Source of the DNA: Geosiphon pyriformis uo1
Lineage: Eukaryota; Fungi; Glomeromycota
Assembly: GCA_016748015.1 (NCBI GenBank)
Contig: JAAOMT010000198.1
Span: 542,519 to 600,258 of the forward strand
Length of the DNA: 57,740 nucleotides
Reading direction: 5' to 3'
Below the pieces are notes generated by a model, which was not told the DNA's origin, made no database searches, and saw only the letters and a list, made by a program, of their open reading frames with translations. Below, one piece after another: positions 23,670 to 36,318 of the stretch (the first letter of the stretch is position 1; each line of letters starts with the position of its first letter). Both the position numbers and the translations under genes were made by a program.

Positions 23670-25167
23670 ATATTTTGTATTTAACAAATAAATAATTTAA
23701 ACTTTGATATTTGTAATAATAATAGCATCTAAAATTTTTTTACCAAATACAATATTTGTATAGAATATTAATTTTTATTATAGTAAGCTTTAATATTTTA
23801 TCAATCTTAAAAGTAATAACAATAAAGCATTAATAATAATAAAAAATAAAAAAATAAAAAAATAAAAAATAAAACAAATATAAATACTTACCTAAAAAAT
23901 TTTATTATTGATTTCAAAGACAGTTTAATTAAAGAAAAAATTAACTAATTTGGTCTTAAATAAATTTTTATAAATAATAATTTTTTTTAATTAAAAAAGA
24001 GAAAAATACAAATACTATCTTTTTTTATTTGTATAAATTAGTTATTAAAAACAACAAGAGCAAAAAAAAAGTTCTTAAAATTAATAATAATATATTTTTA
24101 CAAACCAGCAAACTTTAATTTAACAGAAATAACAACACTAAAAATACCAAAAGCATTTTTAATATTACCAAAAAATATACCAAAAAAAATATTGCAAAGT
24201 ATAATAAACATGAAAAAAAATTATAACAGAAGATTTTGCAATTTTAAGTATGGTCAAAAAAAAAATCACTAATAATAACATTAGTAATAATAATTAAAAA
24301 GACTTTAAAAACAAAATTTACACAAAACAACTTAATATTGTTTTTAAAAACTAATAAAAAATCAATTAAAACCAATTTAATCTTAAAAGTAAAATTAAAC
24401 ATTAGAATAGAAATTATTTACTTAAAAAAATTATGATAACTAAAAATTATTTCTTAGATACCATTAAAGACAACATTAGAAAACAAAAAAGCAGAAATTA
24501 ATTTAATTTTTATTTAATCAGTTTAATTCTTAAAATTAAAGTAATTTAATGAGTTGGTTTGCTTTTAAAATTGGCAATAATTTGTTAAAAAACATCATAT
24601 TTGGCAATATAATTAATAGTTAATTTTGACTTATCTTAAAAAATATGTTTTTATTATTATTATTCATATTAAAAAGAGAGCTAAATACCAATAAAAAAAT
24701 TTTATCAAAGATTTTATTTGGAATTACAAAAAAGTTTAATATAAAAATAGTAAATACAAATAACTACTACTGTTTTTTTAACTTTTTAGTCTTTTTAATT
24801 ATTTATATAATAATAATAATAGTATAAATAATAAAAATAAAAAAGACTAGTTGTTAACTGGTTTGTTGTTAAAACTTTTAAAAAAAGTAAAAACAATATT
24901 AAAATTAATTTGAATATATTTCTTAAAAAAAATCTTAATTAAAAAAACCATTAACCAAAAGTAAAAAAAATATCTTAAAAATTATCAAAAATAGCTTTTT
25001 ATTACTAATATTTAAAAAAAATGTTGTTAAAATATTTTGCTTAACTGTTTTAATAATAAAAAAAGATTTTTTATTATGATTTTATTAATTATTATAGAAA
25101 AAATAATGTTTAAAACTTTTTTATTTTTTATTTTGATCATGATTATAAAAATAAGAAAGAAAAAAAG
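23670..25167 (-). mobile_element. ORF1-only element copy 5, extremely AT-converted relic
   Basis: Still alignable to copy 1 (accagcaaactttaatttaacagaaataacaacactaaaaatacc vs gccagcaggcttcaacttaacagaagtgacaacaccaaaaatgcc). ATG at 25140. Confidence 0.75.
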
Positions 25168-25859
25168 TATAATTTTTATTATTTTTTATATTATTTGTTA
25201 TTATTAATTATATAATTTATTATTTTATGTTATTAGTATTATTATTAGTTATTTTATATTATTAATTGTTTTGTATTATTATATATTATTATATATTATT
25301 AATTATATTTTTTTGTAGTTAATTAATTTTACTATTTAAATAATAATAAAAATAGATATAAAAAAATTAAAAAATATTGTAATATTGCTTAATAATAAAT
25401 AAATAAATTGTTTAAAATTACAAATAAAATATGAAAATATGTTAAAAAATTAATATTAATAATGCTGTAATTTATTTAATGTAATTTTAATTAATAAAAT
25501 ACTACTTAATAATTGGCATAAAACATGAATTATAATAATTTTCTATATATTTGTTTATTAATTTTATTATAAAACCAATATTTAATTATGTACTTAAAAA
25601 ATATATATATTTAAAAAAGTTAATTATACTTAAATAAAAATATATATTAAAACATAATCTGTTTTATGTTTACAATAAACAAAAAATAATTGTAATTTTT
25701 AATATAATTAAATATTATATTTATATTTATTAAATCAAATATATTATTATTATTGTTGTTGTTTACAATTAAATTAAAATTAAAAATTTGTATTAACATA
25801 ATTAATATATATTAATAATAATAAATTAGCTTTAAATAATTAAGCCAAAGCTATTTTAA

Positions 25860-26290
25860 AAAAAAATTAGTTAAAAAACAGTAATAACAATAGAAAAAAC
25901 ACAAAATTGTTGTTTTTTCATGTTAAAATTTTTAAAAAAGCTAACTTATTACTATTATTAATAAAATTGGTTTTTTGTTTTTTCTGGTTATTTGTAAAAT
26001 GTTGGTAAATATTAAAAAACACAAAATTTTTATAATAAGTTTGGTATTAAAAGTTTTAAAACTTTTGGTTACAATTGAAACCACACTAAAATTGTTTTTA
26101 ATATGCTTTTTAAGAAAAACTTGACTGTAAAAAACAACAAGCCAAAGAAAATTTTAATAATAATAATCAAAAGTTTTATCATATATAAAAAATGGGTTAA
26201 AACATTTTGTCTCACTGCTTTTAATACTAAAAAAAACTTTTTTGGTGTTTGCTTTTTTAGTTATAATTATAAAATCAATAAAATGAATTA
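25860..26290 (-). mobile_element. Relic of a related ORF1 5' region
   Basis: Minus-strand translation includes KAVRQNVL, matching EAARQNVL of the ORF1-only family. Confidence 0.45.
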
Positions 26291-28033
26291 TTAATTATTT
26301 AAACATCAAAGGCTTAAAAATCCCAAGATTAGCCGTCTGTTTTTTAATGAAGTTGACTGTCAGGATATATTGCAAAAATTTAAAAATTTCTTTCAGCAAT
26401 CATAAAAACTATTCCCAGATTCTGAGGCATTAGATAATCTTACTGTGGTGTTGTCATCTTACGTACAAACTCTGAATGACCGGGAAAACTAAAAGTCAAC
26501 AAACTCAATAACATTTAACAACGCCAAACATCTTGATATGATCGTATTTATTTCGTTTGATCGGAACACACAAAAATTACTTATTTCCATATTTGTCGTC
26601 TTGAGATATTCCAATAAACCTTGATCTTTTTAATCTAATTTTTGATTTCACAGGGTTTCTAGATGGACATTAAGGTTAAAAACCATCGCGCTCTGGCCAA
26701 AAAAATTTTCACGGTTTTTTATTTAATTTTTCGGTTTGGTGGATTTTTCTCAAGATTATGGGTAAACGGTGACCTCCCTAAATTTTAGGCTCAAGCTCCA
26801 GGGTTTTCATCTATTCCAAATCACTCTCATGAGTGGAAAAACAAATATTTAATAATTGACACCTTTTGTGATTAGATCTTCTAGCATAGACGAAGAGTCA
26901 CGACATTTTTTCATAGTACCCTTAAAATAGTTAAAAATCCGAGACTTTTTAATATTATGAATCCGTTATATTGAGATATACGTATATAATGATAATCTTT
27001 GATTCTCTGGTCTCACGCCTGATAACATGATCTTGGTTGTTTAATTATCTTTTTTTTATTTTTACGATATGAGATAAAGGATTTACCCGTTGTTGTTAAG
27101 CACGTTCGAGATAAAAAAGCAACTAATCGTTAATCATCAACGTCATCAATTATTAAAAGTTGTTAAAAACCGTTCTCATAAATGTATTTGTTTTTAATAT
27201 TAAGCTTTCCAATTATAGATCATGCAGATATTCTGATAGAAGTTGAGAACGTTTTTCTTATTTAAACCTGAAATCGTCATCATCATGATGAACGATCTAG
27301 GTTATCTGTCATGATTATCTGTTATGCGCAGAGGGAAAATCCATAACCAAATATTTATTCTTGTGTCAACTCAGTAAGCCCGTAAAACGGTTACGCTGGT
27401 TTCGGGAATCTATTTTTTTGTGAAAAATTTGATATCGTCATATGTATCATCGATCCCTTAACGTTGGTTTTCTTGTTACCACGCTCGTTTTAGAATTTCT
27501 ACATTTAAACGAAATCTAAAAATATTCATTGATAAAAATCTTAACTTTATGGAGTATTCACAATTAATATTTGCTATTCTTATGTACTATTTTTATTCAC
27601 TGCTGCTGCTGCTATGTAGAAGTAATATGATGATGACTAAAAGGGAAGCTGTTACTTTGACAACTAATTTTAATATGAATGCTGAGAATGTGATTTGATG
27701 TGCAGCAAAAAGAAAAATTGAACTAATAGCACCAAGATAAAGCGAGAAAATAAGGTTTCTTTCGCCCTCGATATGTCACCACATTTGCATGCATGTAAAC
27801 ATGTCGTCCTTTCTTCGAGAGGTATCATGCCAAATAAAATTTCAAGCCAAGTGACTAAAGAAATCCCATGCAATCATTTATACCAGGTGTCCAAAAGTTC
27901 AAAAAAAGACAAATCAAATCCTTGAAAAATCAAAAAAGAAAAAAAATAGGGGAGTGTTTACAGAAGGGATTTATTCAAAATATTTATATAGAAGGTGGAA
28001 ATGTAAAATGACCAATATATGAGGGTATACTGA

Positions 28034-31000
28034 TTAATCGGTGGTCGGAGAATGTGACCCACTTCCATTAGCACTTTGCTCAGACTTTCGTCGTTCGCGT
28101 TCTCTTTGTTCTCGTTCTCTTATTTCTCGATCACGATCTCTTTCTCTTTCAATACGATCCCTTTCTCGTTCACGGTCACGATCACGATCCCGATCCCGTT
28201 CAGGCTCCCTTTCTCTTTCGCGATCCCGTTCCCTTTCATTGCGATCCCTTTCACTACGATCCCTTTCACTACGATCCCTTTCACCACGGTCTCTTTCACC
28301 ACGATCTCTATCTCGTTCACGATCTCGATCTCGTTCACCACGGTCACGTTCTCCCCGATCACCTCTATCACCGCGATCAGTTCGCTCTCGTTCCTGTTGA
28401 TGATTCAAGGTTGAAGAAGTTGAGGAGGATGGGGTGGAAAGTGGATGAGTTTCATCGGAAGCTCGAGGAGTTGGTGGTAAATTTTTGCTTCTTTTTGTGT
28501 TGACATCTTCTCGTGAACGATCCTCTGAGTCAAGTTCGCCTTTTGTTGGAGAGTATGGTCTTTTTTGACTAACATTTAACGGAGAACTTGAACTTTCACT
28601 TATGCTGAGCAAGACATCAGCCGCACCTCCATCATAATCTTCATCAACTTGACGTGATGATGTAGGAGCAATAGGTGCGTTACTCATATTTCGATCTGGT
28701 GGGCCGGTAGCGGAGCGAAAACTTGGGAGTTTCACATTTTCGCTATCCATTGGGCTACCACCTGGTGATGTTGTTCCATTATCCAAGATACGCGGTAATG
28801 ATGCTGATGATCTTGATTCGGTAGGAGATCGCGGAGCTGGTTCTTCATTCAAAATACTGGGTTTCGGCAGCTCGACACGGATAGAGTGTTGATGATCAGA
28901 AGAGCTAGACGATTTTCTTGGGGTTTGGGGCACTTCATTGCTGCTGCTATTATTATTATTATTATTGTTGTTGTTGTTGTTGTTGTTGTTATTGTTATTA
29001 CTGTTGTTGCTGTTATTGGGCATTGAAATACTGGTAGGGCTACGCATATCACCAACAAAAGGGTCATTTTCTCTCACTGGAGATTCATGAGGGGCTGAGC
29101 TTCTAGGTGTCGAAGGTTCAGGTATTTGAGGTTTAATTTCTGGGAGATGTATTGAAGCAGATCTCCTTCGATCATTAATATCTTCTTGCGATTGTGGTGG
29201 CTGACGAAAAGAATGAATAGGAGGTACAACACCTTTATCTTCAACTGGTGGATCATGTAACCGATGGCCACTACCGTGATCAATTATTGGAGAAGAGGGT
29301 TGAGGATGGTGTGGTGCACTCAATATTTGAGGTGGTGGCTGAGGAGGACCTCTGGCTTGAGCTTGGTCCATCAAATTATTTGTATGATTAATTGAAGGTG
29401 AATCTTCTGGTTTCATTGGTGTTCGATATTCGTCAAGATAATGATGTGAGGAATGATTTTCATGATTATTTGGAAGTGGGGGCGGATGATCACCGATATG
29501 ATATGGGGCTGGAATACCATTACTATGCTTGTCTTCACCCTTGATCTTGGTTGGATCATACATTTCTTCACGACGATCAATCACTGGTGAACCATGAATT
29601 TCATGATGAGATGCAGAATGGGATGGGTGAGGTGGCAAATGAGGTGAACTATTATATTGATCAGGACCCGGTAATAATTTAGGTGATGATAAATTATAAG
29701 GAGGACGAACCGGTGGCTGAGGTTCGGGTAATTGTGGAGGTGAAGAATATCTGTTATCTCTTTCAGAAATCGGAGGAATTTGTGGCGAAGGAGAAGGGCG
29801 TTTGTCAGGATGACGTAATGATGGTGGCGGTCCAGATGGGATTAGTTGGCGTACATCATGTTGAGGCATCATCGGCAATGAGTTTTGTTGATTTGGCGGA
29901 GTTGCATCACCACGAATGTGAGAAGATAACGGAGGATGATTGTAAGGAGCTCCAGAGGATCCGGGACTTCTACCAATGATCATTGGTAGAACGTCACGAC
30001 CATTGATTGGCCCGTGATCAGGGAAATTGACGGGTGGTGGAGCTGGATGATTACTAGCACGATTATCCATACGATTTCCATAGCCTGGCATACCGGGAGG
30101 CGGACCTGGGGGACCAGGTGGGAATTGTGGAGGAGGATTACCCATCATCGAAGGGGAGCTATTATTATAAGCTTGCGGATTAATATCCTGAGGAACGGGT
30201 GCAGTAGTTGGACCTCCTTGAGCTTGTTGATTTCTGAGTGCTTGTAAACGTTGCTTGATGTGTAGACTGCTTGGATCCAATTCGGAGGCACGTTGGTATG
30301 CATCCACTGCGTCACTGATCTGATTATTACAAGTTTCGTATAATGTCCCTAAATTGTACCAAACTTCGCTAATGTAAGGATTCAAGCGAATCGCGCAACT
30401 ATAGGCGTGCAGGGCATCCCTAAACTGAATTCCCAATTTTAATAGATTAGAAACTTTGGGTAAAACTCCTTTGGGTAAAACTCAACTTTTAAAAGAGATA
30501 AATATAGATACCTGATTAATCTGATAATATAGTACACCAATTGAACACCAGAACGTGGGATTACGTCCATCGCGATAACTAGAATATGAAAGGAGTCGGA
30601 GAATAAGTCAATTTTTTCGGGGGGGGGGGGGGGGGGGGGTTCACAGCTGCGTTAGTTTTGTTTACTTACACAGCTTGTTGATAAGCTTCATAAGCCTTGT
30701 TATGCTTATGCTGTGCCATATAACAACGACCAAGAAGGTACCAAGACTGTGCATCGTTTCCATCTGTTTTACATGGCGTTTGATTAGATAGTATTTAAAT
30801 ATATATTTATATCCCAAAAATTTGATATCATTGCCTACCAGACTCCAATGATTTTGTTAAATAACTGATGGCTAACTCTTGATTGGAAGAAGTGTTATTT
30901 TGTTGATGATATAGCCAACCGAGTTGTTGAAGTACTTTAGCATGATTCGGGTTGTCTGCAAGTACGCGTTCGTATGCCTCCTTTGCTAAAGGGTACTTGA

Positions 31001-32370
31001 ACATGCGAAGCAGACAAAATTTATAGAAAGTATTTAAAAGAGCGGAGAATGTTTCAAGGGCAAACCTACATTCTTTTGTTGTTCATGTACATGCCCGATT
31101 TGAAACCAGATATCCACTTCTGTCAAAGGACGTGGTGGATTGTGAAGTATATATTTGAAACACTTTTTTTGAGGAAGGAGTATGTGTTAATCTTCTGTTT
31201 AGACATCTCTCGAATATTCAATTCATCCATGATGGGATGTGAACAAAGGAAAAGCAAATAAAAAATCTTTTTGATTTATATTAGGCAGCTGACCTGCAAA
31301 CTTTGATCGTATTTATTTTGTTGCTTATAAATAATTCCAAGCCTAAAGTATATTTCGTTGGCCTTTTCAAACTTGGGTTCCATATTCATGACTTGGGAGA
31401 ATGCTTCCTCGGCATGCTCAAGGGATCCGTACCTATCATATAGGATACCGATTCCGTACCAAAGTTTTGGTTCCTATATTTTGATTTACAAAGTTGGTTC
31501 ATTGATAGTTTGATCGATAAAGAAATGTGATAATGGAGATGTGATTTATATACCTTCGGATTGGGAAGGTGGTAAAGAGCTTGTTGATACGCGCTATAAG
31601 CTTTTTGTAAATCATCCATCATTAGGTAGCAATGACCTAAAAGAATTTCACGTTTTCGATATTTGCAAGAAGCCAATAATATTTTCAATTTTCAAAAAAT
31701 GCTTGATTAAACTCAGATATTATCTCAATAGTTTACCTAGAGCACCCCATATTTCACCATTGTTTTGATCAATGTTTAAAATTCTTTGAAAATATTCTAC
31801 TGCCTAATAGCAAAGAATAAGTTGATTTAATTAAGAAATGATTATAGAGGAAAAGCCGATCGTGTTCAAAAGATGATGAATACTTTTGCAAACTGCTCTC
31901 GCCGTCTACACAAGGCAGCAATGTGACTTAATGCTGGAATCGAATAAGCATTGTGCCGGATTGCAGACTCATATGCGCTCTCGGCGCGATCATAGTCTAA
32001 CATCATCTCGGCTAGCTCTCCTATTATATATTCCAAAAAAGGAAAGAAGGAAATTAAAATATTAAAATATTAAAAATCATGATCGACAAAGGACATAATG
32101 AATAACATGTTTAGTATTCAAATTCGGTAAGGTGATTACTTTATGTCATAGATCGAGTTACTAGATGTAGTTGGTCGATAAAGGGAAATATATCTCAACA
32201 ATTTTTACTCCTTTTTAATTGTACGAACCAATAGTTTATCAAGTGGCAAGTTGAGGCAATATCTATTTTAAAGTAGATAGTTATTGAGCCAATGACTTAC
32301 CCATCTGCAGCCATGTTTCCTCGTTCACCTGAGCCAACTTTTGAAGCGGCGTTTGGCCGTTAGACGTCAT
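28034..32370 (-). CDS. SSN6: General transcriptional co-repressor Ssn6/Cyc8 (TPR protein), ~1112 aa. Exons 32370-32301, 32020-31884, 31803-31737, 31636-31554, 31473-31294, 31162-31070, 30995-30839, 30763-30670, 30578-30512, 30424-28034
   Basis: Phase-consistent GT-AG splicing gives hallmark Ssn6 TPRs (GEIWGALGHCYLMMDDLQKAYSAYQQALYHL, LWYGIGILYDRYGS, EIYFRLGIIYKQQ, AYQQAVYRDGRNPTFWCSIGVLYYQINQ, RLNPYISEVWYNLGTLYE), then a Pro/His-rich tail with VDEDYD. Confidence 0.95.
28948..29018 (-). repeat. (AAC/AAT)n coding microsatellite (poly-Asn) in SSN6
   Basis: NNSNNSNNNNNNNNNNNNNNNNN in the last exon. Confidence 0.9.
30619..30639 (+). repeat. G21 homopolymer inside an SSN6 intron
   Basis: 21 consecutive G within intron 30669-30579. 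Confidence 0.9.
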
Positions 32371-33283
32371 GTTTGCGTCACTAATAATAAACCGAGAAAT
32401 AAGGCGATTTGAAGGGGTGGAGAAATTTTCTGGTTTTAAGGAAAAAAAAGTATACTTACGGGTAACAATTCAGAAACTATGCCCGGTGACGTACAAAAGA
32501 GGCACAAATTTTGTTAAAGGCAAGCCCGAATAGAGAATATTTGGTAAAATATGAAATAAAAAGAAGTTTATCAATAAGTTGTTGAAAGGACACTTATCAT
32601 TTAAGAAACGTTTCAAGAAGGAAAGGTTGTGTGAAGGATATTTTTTATTTTATTTTTTTAAACAAAAGGAATAAATATGGAGAGAAGGGAAAATGACCAA
32701 ACAAAAGATTGGCGAGGAACAAAGAGCCAGGTACAAAGGTATTTTGAAAGAGAAAAAAAAAGGGGAAAAAAGACCAGACGTGAAGGATGGGGGGGTTTAT
32801 GAATGTTAATTGAATATTAGTAGTAAATCAAATCGACACTCATATCAACAATAACAGAGTGCGCAAACACCCACAGTTCTGTATCACCCTGTAAAATCAA
32901 CGCTAATCTAAATAAAGTCCAGGGCAGCGCATGCGCATGAACAAGTATGTTTGTTGTTCGGTTCGCATACTTACGACATTCAGCTAGAAGTATATTATGA
33001 AAATTTGTTTAGTCAAAGAGGGAAACAAGTTTTTTTTTTTTTTTAAACATGCCCGATTATATTTTTTTTGACCGAACCTATTTTCGTAATATTTTTTTAA
33101 TGATGTACTTTTGTTTTTTTTTTTTAGTTAATTTTTCATTCTTTCCAAACCTCAACGTCAACATAGAAGAAAAGGCTATCAAAATTTTTTTAAAGAAAAA
33201 AGTTGATCATGATGACGTTATAATAGGATGATTTAAAAGTAAGTCATCTTTCTTGGTCGTTGTCGTTGTCGTTTTTTGTGTAT

Positions 33284-33372
33284 TTGTTCGTTCGTCCGTT
33301 CGTTCGTTCGTTTGTTCGTTCGTTCGTTCGTTCGTTTGTAGTCGTATTGTTCGTCGTTCTTTATATATAAGA

Positions 33373-33411
<39 letters not shown>
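33284..33411. repeat. (TTCG)n and (GAT)13 microsatellites flanking a palindromic TTATATATAA box upstream of SSN6
   Basis: Seen directly; TATA-like element at 33361-33370. Confidence 0.85.
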
Positions 33412-33624
33412 AAACAATTTGAAACTGAACACCATTTTTTTTTTTTCATTCAATGAAAGGATCAACAGTAGAGTAATAATAATAAAAATGTGTTCATGTA
33501 TTATCAAAGCCTCTGAAGGTCGGCATAATTTTAAAAAAATATATGTATTTGTATATTTGTGTTTTTGGCGAAGGGGGGATTCACAACAACTCGTCACCCC
33601 AAACATATTTTTTCTTTTGAAAAG

Positions 33625-33692
<68 letters not shown>
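33625..33692 (+). repeat. A68 homopolymer
   Basis: Seen directly; no TSD or element body recognised. Confidence 0.9.
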
Positions 33693-33694
<2 letters not shown>

Positions 33695-34814
33695 GTGAGA
33701 AAAAAAAAAAAGATTTTGGGATCACTTTGTAACCCCTTACGTTTTGGGGCGATGAAATTTTTAGCTAGTACCCGCAATAATCGCTGAAGATCTATGTGTA
33801 TATATATATATTGTGTAGGAAAAGTCTTATACTCAGATGAAAAGAATTGATGTTTTGTAAAATTTTCAGCCTTTTATCTTTTAATTTCCAATGAAACGAA
33901 ATTATTTTTAATTAATCTATTGTAGAGAAAATTATTAGTTATTATTAATAAGCAAAAAGTTTGTGATTATTGGAAAAATTACATTCCTTGGGATTTTTTA
34001 TTGTGATTTTCAAATGGGACTCAAAATACCTAATATCTGTTAATATATATATATATATGATATCATATTTTACGACCACATGATTTTTATAGTCGAAATG
34101 GGTAATCAATGACACCTATCAAGGTTGGTTGGGTTTATTTTGGCAGATTTCGAAACAGGAAACAGAATTCTTAAAATGAAAAAAAATCAAGATAATTAAA
34201 TTGATGGATTTAAAAGAAACTTTCGAATGCTCTTTAAATTATAAATCTCAAATCCATTTTAGTTCTTTGCAGATTTGATCAAAAAAAATTTTATTTTTAA
34301 GTTTTCAAACTTAATTTTTAATTTACTTATCTTTAAAATATAATTCAAATCTTATTTTGATTAGTAATAAGAAATTTGAAATTATCATTATGCAAATCTT
34401 ATTAATTAAATTAAATTAAAATAAACAAACAGCTATTCAAGTATTTAATATTTAGAAAATATTAAGTAAACCAATAAAAAAATATATATATTAATTATTT
34501 AATATAAAAAATTAAAAATTAGAAAAATTAAAATTGTTTCAAAATAATTGTTATTACAATAATACAAATTAATAAAATATTTTGCAATCTTTTTTTTCTT
34601 TTAAAATAATTCTTAAATAATTAAAACTTTAATATAAATATGTTTTTTTAAAATTTTAATTATATAACTATGTATATAATTATAAATTATTTAATATATA
34701 TTAATATATTAATTATGTTAAATTATATTAAATTTATTATTTGTTAATAAATTTAAATAATAATAATTTTATATAAACAAATAATATTAAATTTTTCATC
34801 ATTAATATTTTTTA

Positions 34815-34850
<36 letters not shown>

Positions 34851-34949
34851 TAATACATATTTTTATGTAATTTATAATTATTAATAATAATATATAGTAT
34901 TTATTTCTAAATATATTATTTTCATTTTATATTTTTATATTTTATTTTA

Positions 34950-35098
34950 TTATATTATATTATATTATATTATATTATATTATATTGTATTATATTTTAT
35001 TGTATTGTATTGTATTGTATTGTATTGTATTGTATTGTATTGTATTGTATTGTATTGTATTGTATTGTATTGTATTGTATTGTATTGTGTTATATTGT
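34950..35098. repeat. Pentanucleotide tandem repeat (TATAT)n grading into (TGTAT)n
   Basis: Seen directly within a very AT-rich intergenic island. Confidence 0.9.
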
Positions 35099-35363
35099 TT
35101 TATATAATATTTAAAAATTAAAAAAAAATTTTGTTTAATAAAAATTATAAAAACAAAATAATTTGTTTAAAAAAAAAACATTTACTATAAAAAAATTATC
35201 TTCTTTTATTAATTTTATATAAACAAACTAAATAAAAACTTATTAAGTACAAGTTAGGTAAATACAATAAATCATCTGATTTCATATCTGACAATTTTGA
35301 TCGATATAAATTTCATTCTTTTACCCCTTATTCATAAATTTGAAATTCCGAAATTTTATCATC

Positions 35364-36318
35364 ATGGAAACCACTGAGAAAACTGGATATAATTTATTCA
35401 AAAATACTTTATATTCAGGTAAGCCTTTTATAATTTAAATCCTATTATCCTGATGGAAATTCTTGAGATGAATTGAATATTTAAAAAAATTGGTTGGTTT
35501 TTTTTTTGATAAAAAGTGATAGCTGGTTCAACAGCCGGCTTGACATTGGCCTATTTTCGAAAAGAACCAATCCCAAGGTTCGCCTATCATATGGGAGTTA
35601 ATTGGGGAATTTGTGGATTTTTGTATTTTGGTAATTTCTAATAGAGTTCTAATAAAGGAGAGGGGGTTAGATCAATGATCAGCTTTTTCACTTTAAAAAT
35701 CTTTTTAAAATTCAAGGATCACGAGAAGCTTTTCTATCAATAAAACGTCAATACAACGAAAATATTAATTTTACCAATTCGCAAAACCGAGATCTAGATA
35801 AATTGCTGTGTAGCACTCTAGCAGGTGGAACGAGCGGAGCTATCGTGAATGGGATATTTCGTAAGTCAAGAAGATTTCGATAATCACATTTGAATTATTA
35901 TTATTTATATATTTATATATATATATTCATCAAATATACAACTAATTTAAAAAATTTAAAAAAAATATATTTAGGTGTTCAAAAAAGCATTATACCAAGT
36001 ATTATAGCTTTTAGTCTTATAGGTGGCACCGGTCAATTCATTTATACTCGGTTTCATCGATTAAGACAACGAGTAATCCTTAATTCACCTCCACCCTCCA
36101 ATGACCCTACTACTAAATTCAAATTCAATGAAAATCCGGGAATAATTGAATCCTTTGTGGCATTTGGAAAGATTATAAGAATACCCCCAAAAGAATATCA
36201 AGCAATGTTAGAGGAAAGAAATGCAAAACTAAAGCCTTTAGGAGCACCAAGAAATTATCCAGAAAAGGTGGAAAATGTCAAAGAGGCAAGGAAGGATAAG
36301 GATAAGGATAAAGAGTAA
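35364..36318 (+). CDS. Tim17/Tim22/Tim23/Pmp24-like membrane protein, ~218 aa. Exons 35364-35418, 35517 (or 35523)-35630, 35717-35860, 35975-36318
   Basis: Phase-consistent GT-AG introns; Gly/small-residue-rich hydrophobic helices (AGSTAGLTLAY, GVNWGICGFLYFGSRE, STLAGGTSGAIVNGI, IIPSIIAFSLIGGTGQ). Family assignment is by pattern only. Confidence 0.7.

Noticed and set aside
26358-26372. tgtcaggatatattg matches the Agrobacterium T-DNA border core (TGnCAGGATATATTG), near the TE/unique-DNA boundary
   Set aside because: The 3' half of the 25-bp border (..GTAAAC) is absent, and there is no second border or bacterial gene. A post-hoc short match in AT-rich DNA is most likely chance.
26330-28033. 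Possible ncRNA or small gene in the CpG-rich 1.7 kb downstream of SSN6
   Set aside because: No recognisable tRNA, snRNA or snoRNA box pairs and no spliceable ORF seen; treated as 3'UTR/intergenic. An Infernal/Rfam scan would be decisive.
28041-28414. RS-rich 'SR-protein-like' ORFs on the plus strand
   Set aside because: Antisense or alternative-frame readings of the Ssn6 RD/RE repeat.
30425-30511. Possible U12-type intron (donor GTATCTAT)
   Set aside because: Does not match GTATCCTT and has no TCCTTAAC branch; an ordinary CTAAT branch is present.
33207-33787. Poly-M, poly-K, poly-F and poly-D ORFs
   Set aside because: Artefacts of the (GAT)13 and A68 repeats.
34950-35098. CRISPR-like or telomeric array
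   Set aside because: Simple pentamer microsatellite with no spacers and not TTAGGG-type.
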